A DNA stretch of 63,957 nt, counting the filler, from Octopus bimaculoides (lineage: Eukaryota), in the NCBI RefSeq assembly GCF_001194135.2. It is 3 parts of 3 records of this genome, joined end to end, with 100 filler letters (N's around TTAATTAATTAA, not from the genome) between each part and the next. Parts side by side here need not be neighbours in the genome. Positions count along the whole stretch, not along the records: positions 38,931 to 63,957 come from NC_068999.1; 2 more parts are not named here. One strand, given 5' to 3'. Of this stretch, positions 63,786 through 63,957 are shown one piece after another (position 1 is the stretch's first letter; each line of letters opens with the position of its first letter). A model generated the notes under the pieces. The model ran no database searches. It was given only the letters and a program-made list of their open reading frames with translations, and was not told where the DNA came from. Position numbers and translations under genes: made by a program.

Positions 63786-63957
63786 GTGGACGAGTGGCAG
63801 TGTGATAAGACGCTTGCTTCCCAACCACATGGTTGCGGGTTCAGTTCCAATGTGTGGCACCTTGAGAAAGTGTCTGCTACAATAGCCTCGGGCCGACCAA
63901 AGCCTTGTGAATGGATTTGGTAGACGGAAACTGAAAGAAGCCTTTCATTCATATATA

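Overview
AT-rich, microsatellite- and TE-saturated eukaryotic scaffold with many N-gaps. The SINE/LINE repertoire looks like an octopus (coleoid cephalopod) genome; this is my inference from recognising repeat families. Two host genes are supported. (1) A four-coding-exon wolframin (WFS1) gene on + (20521-20737, 29345-29545, 30370-30509, 32408-34171), giving 773 aa if ATG 20521 is the start; all junctions are GT-AG and phase-compatible. (2) One orphan phase-0/0 exon on - (12755-13063) resembling the stem exon of Golgi alpha-mannosidase II. The rest is decayed R4/Dong-like, RTE, L1/Tx1-like and APE-type LINEs, a Penelope-type GIY-YIG ORF, a mariner, Helitron pieces, tRNA-derived SINEs and simple repeats. 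The most interesting unannotated signal is a set of seven type I hammerhead-ribozyme-like motifs in mostly unrelated flanks, each with an intact or decayed short palindromic helix III. One has a fully intact core (22851-22949, -) and one sits in a 152-nt head-to-tail repeat (retrozyme/pLTR-like). Other signals: three long fold-back hairpins, an in-frame APE/GIY-YIG endonuclease chimera, a recursive-splice-like AG|GTAAGA site opening WFS1 coding exon 3, and a ~150-bp tandem array after the WFS1 stop. No database searches or folding programs were run; all family calls come from manual reading and recall.
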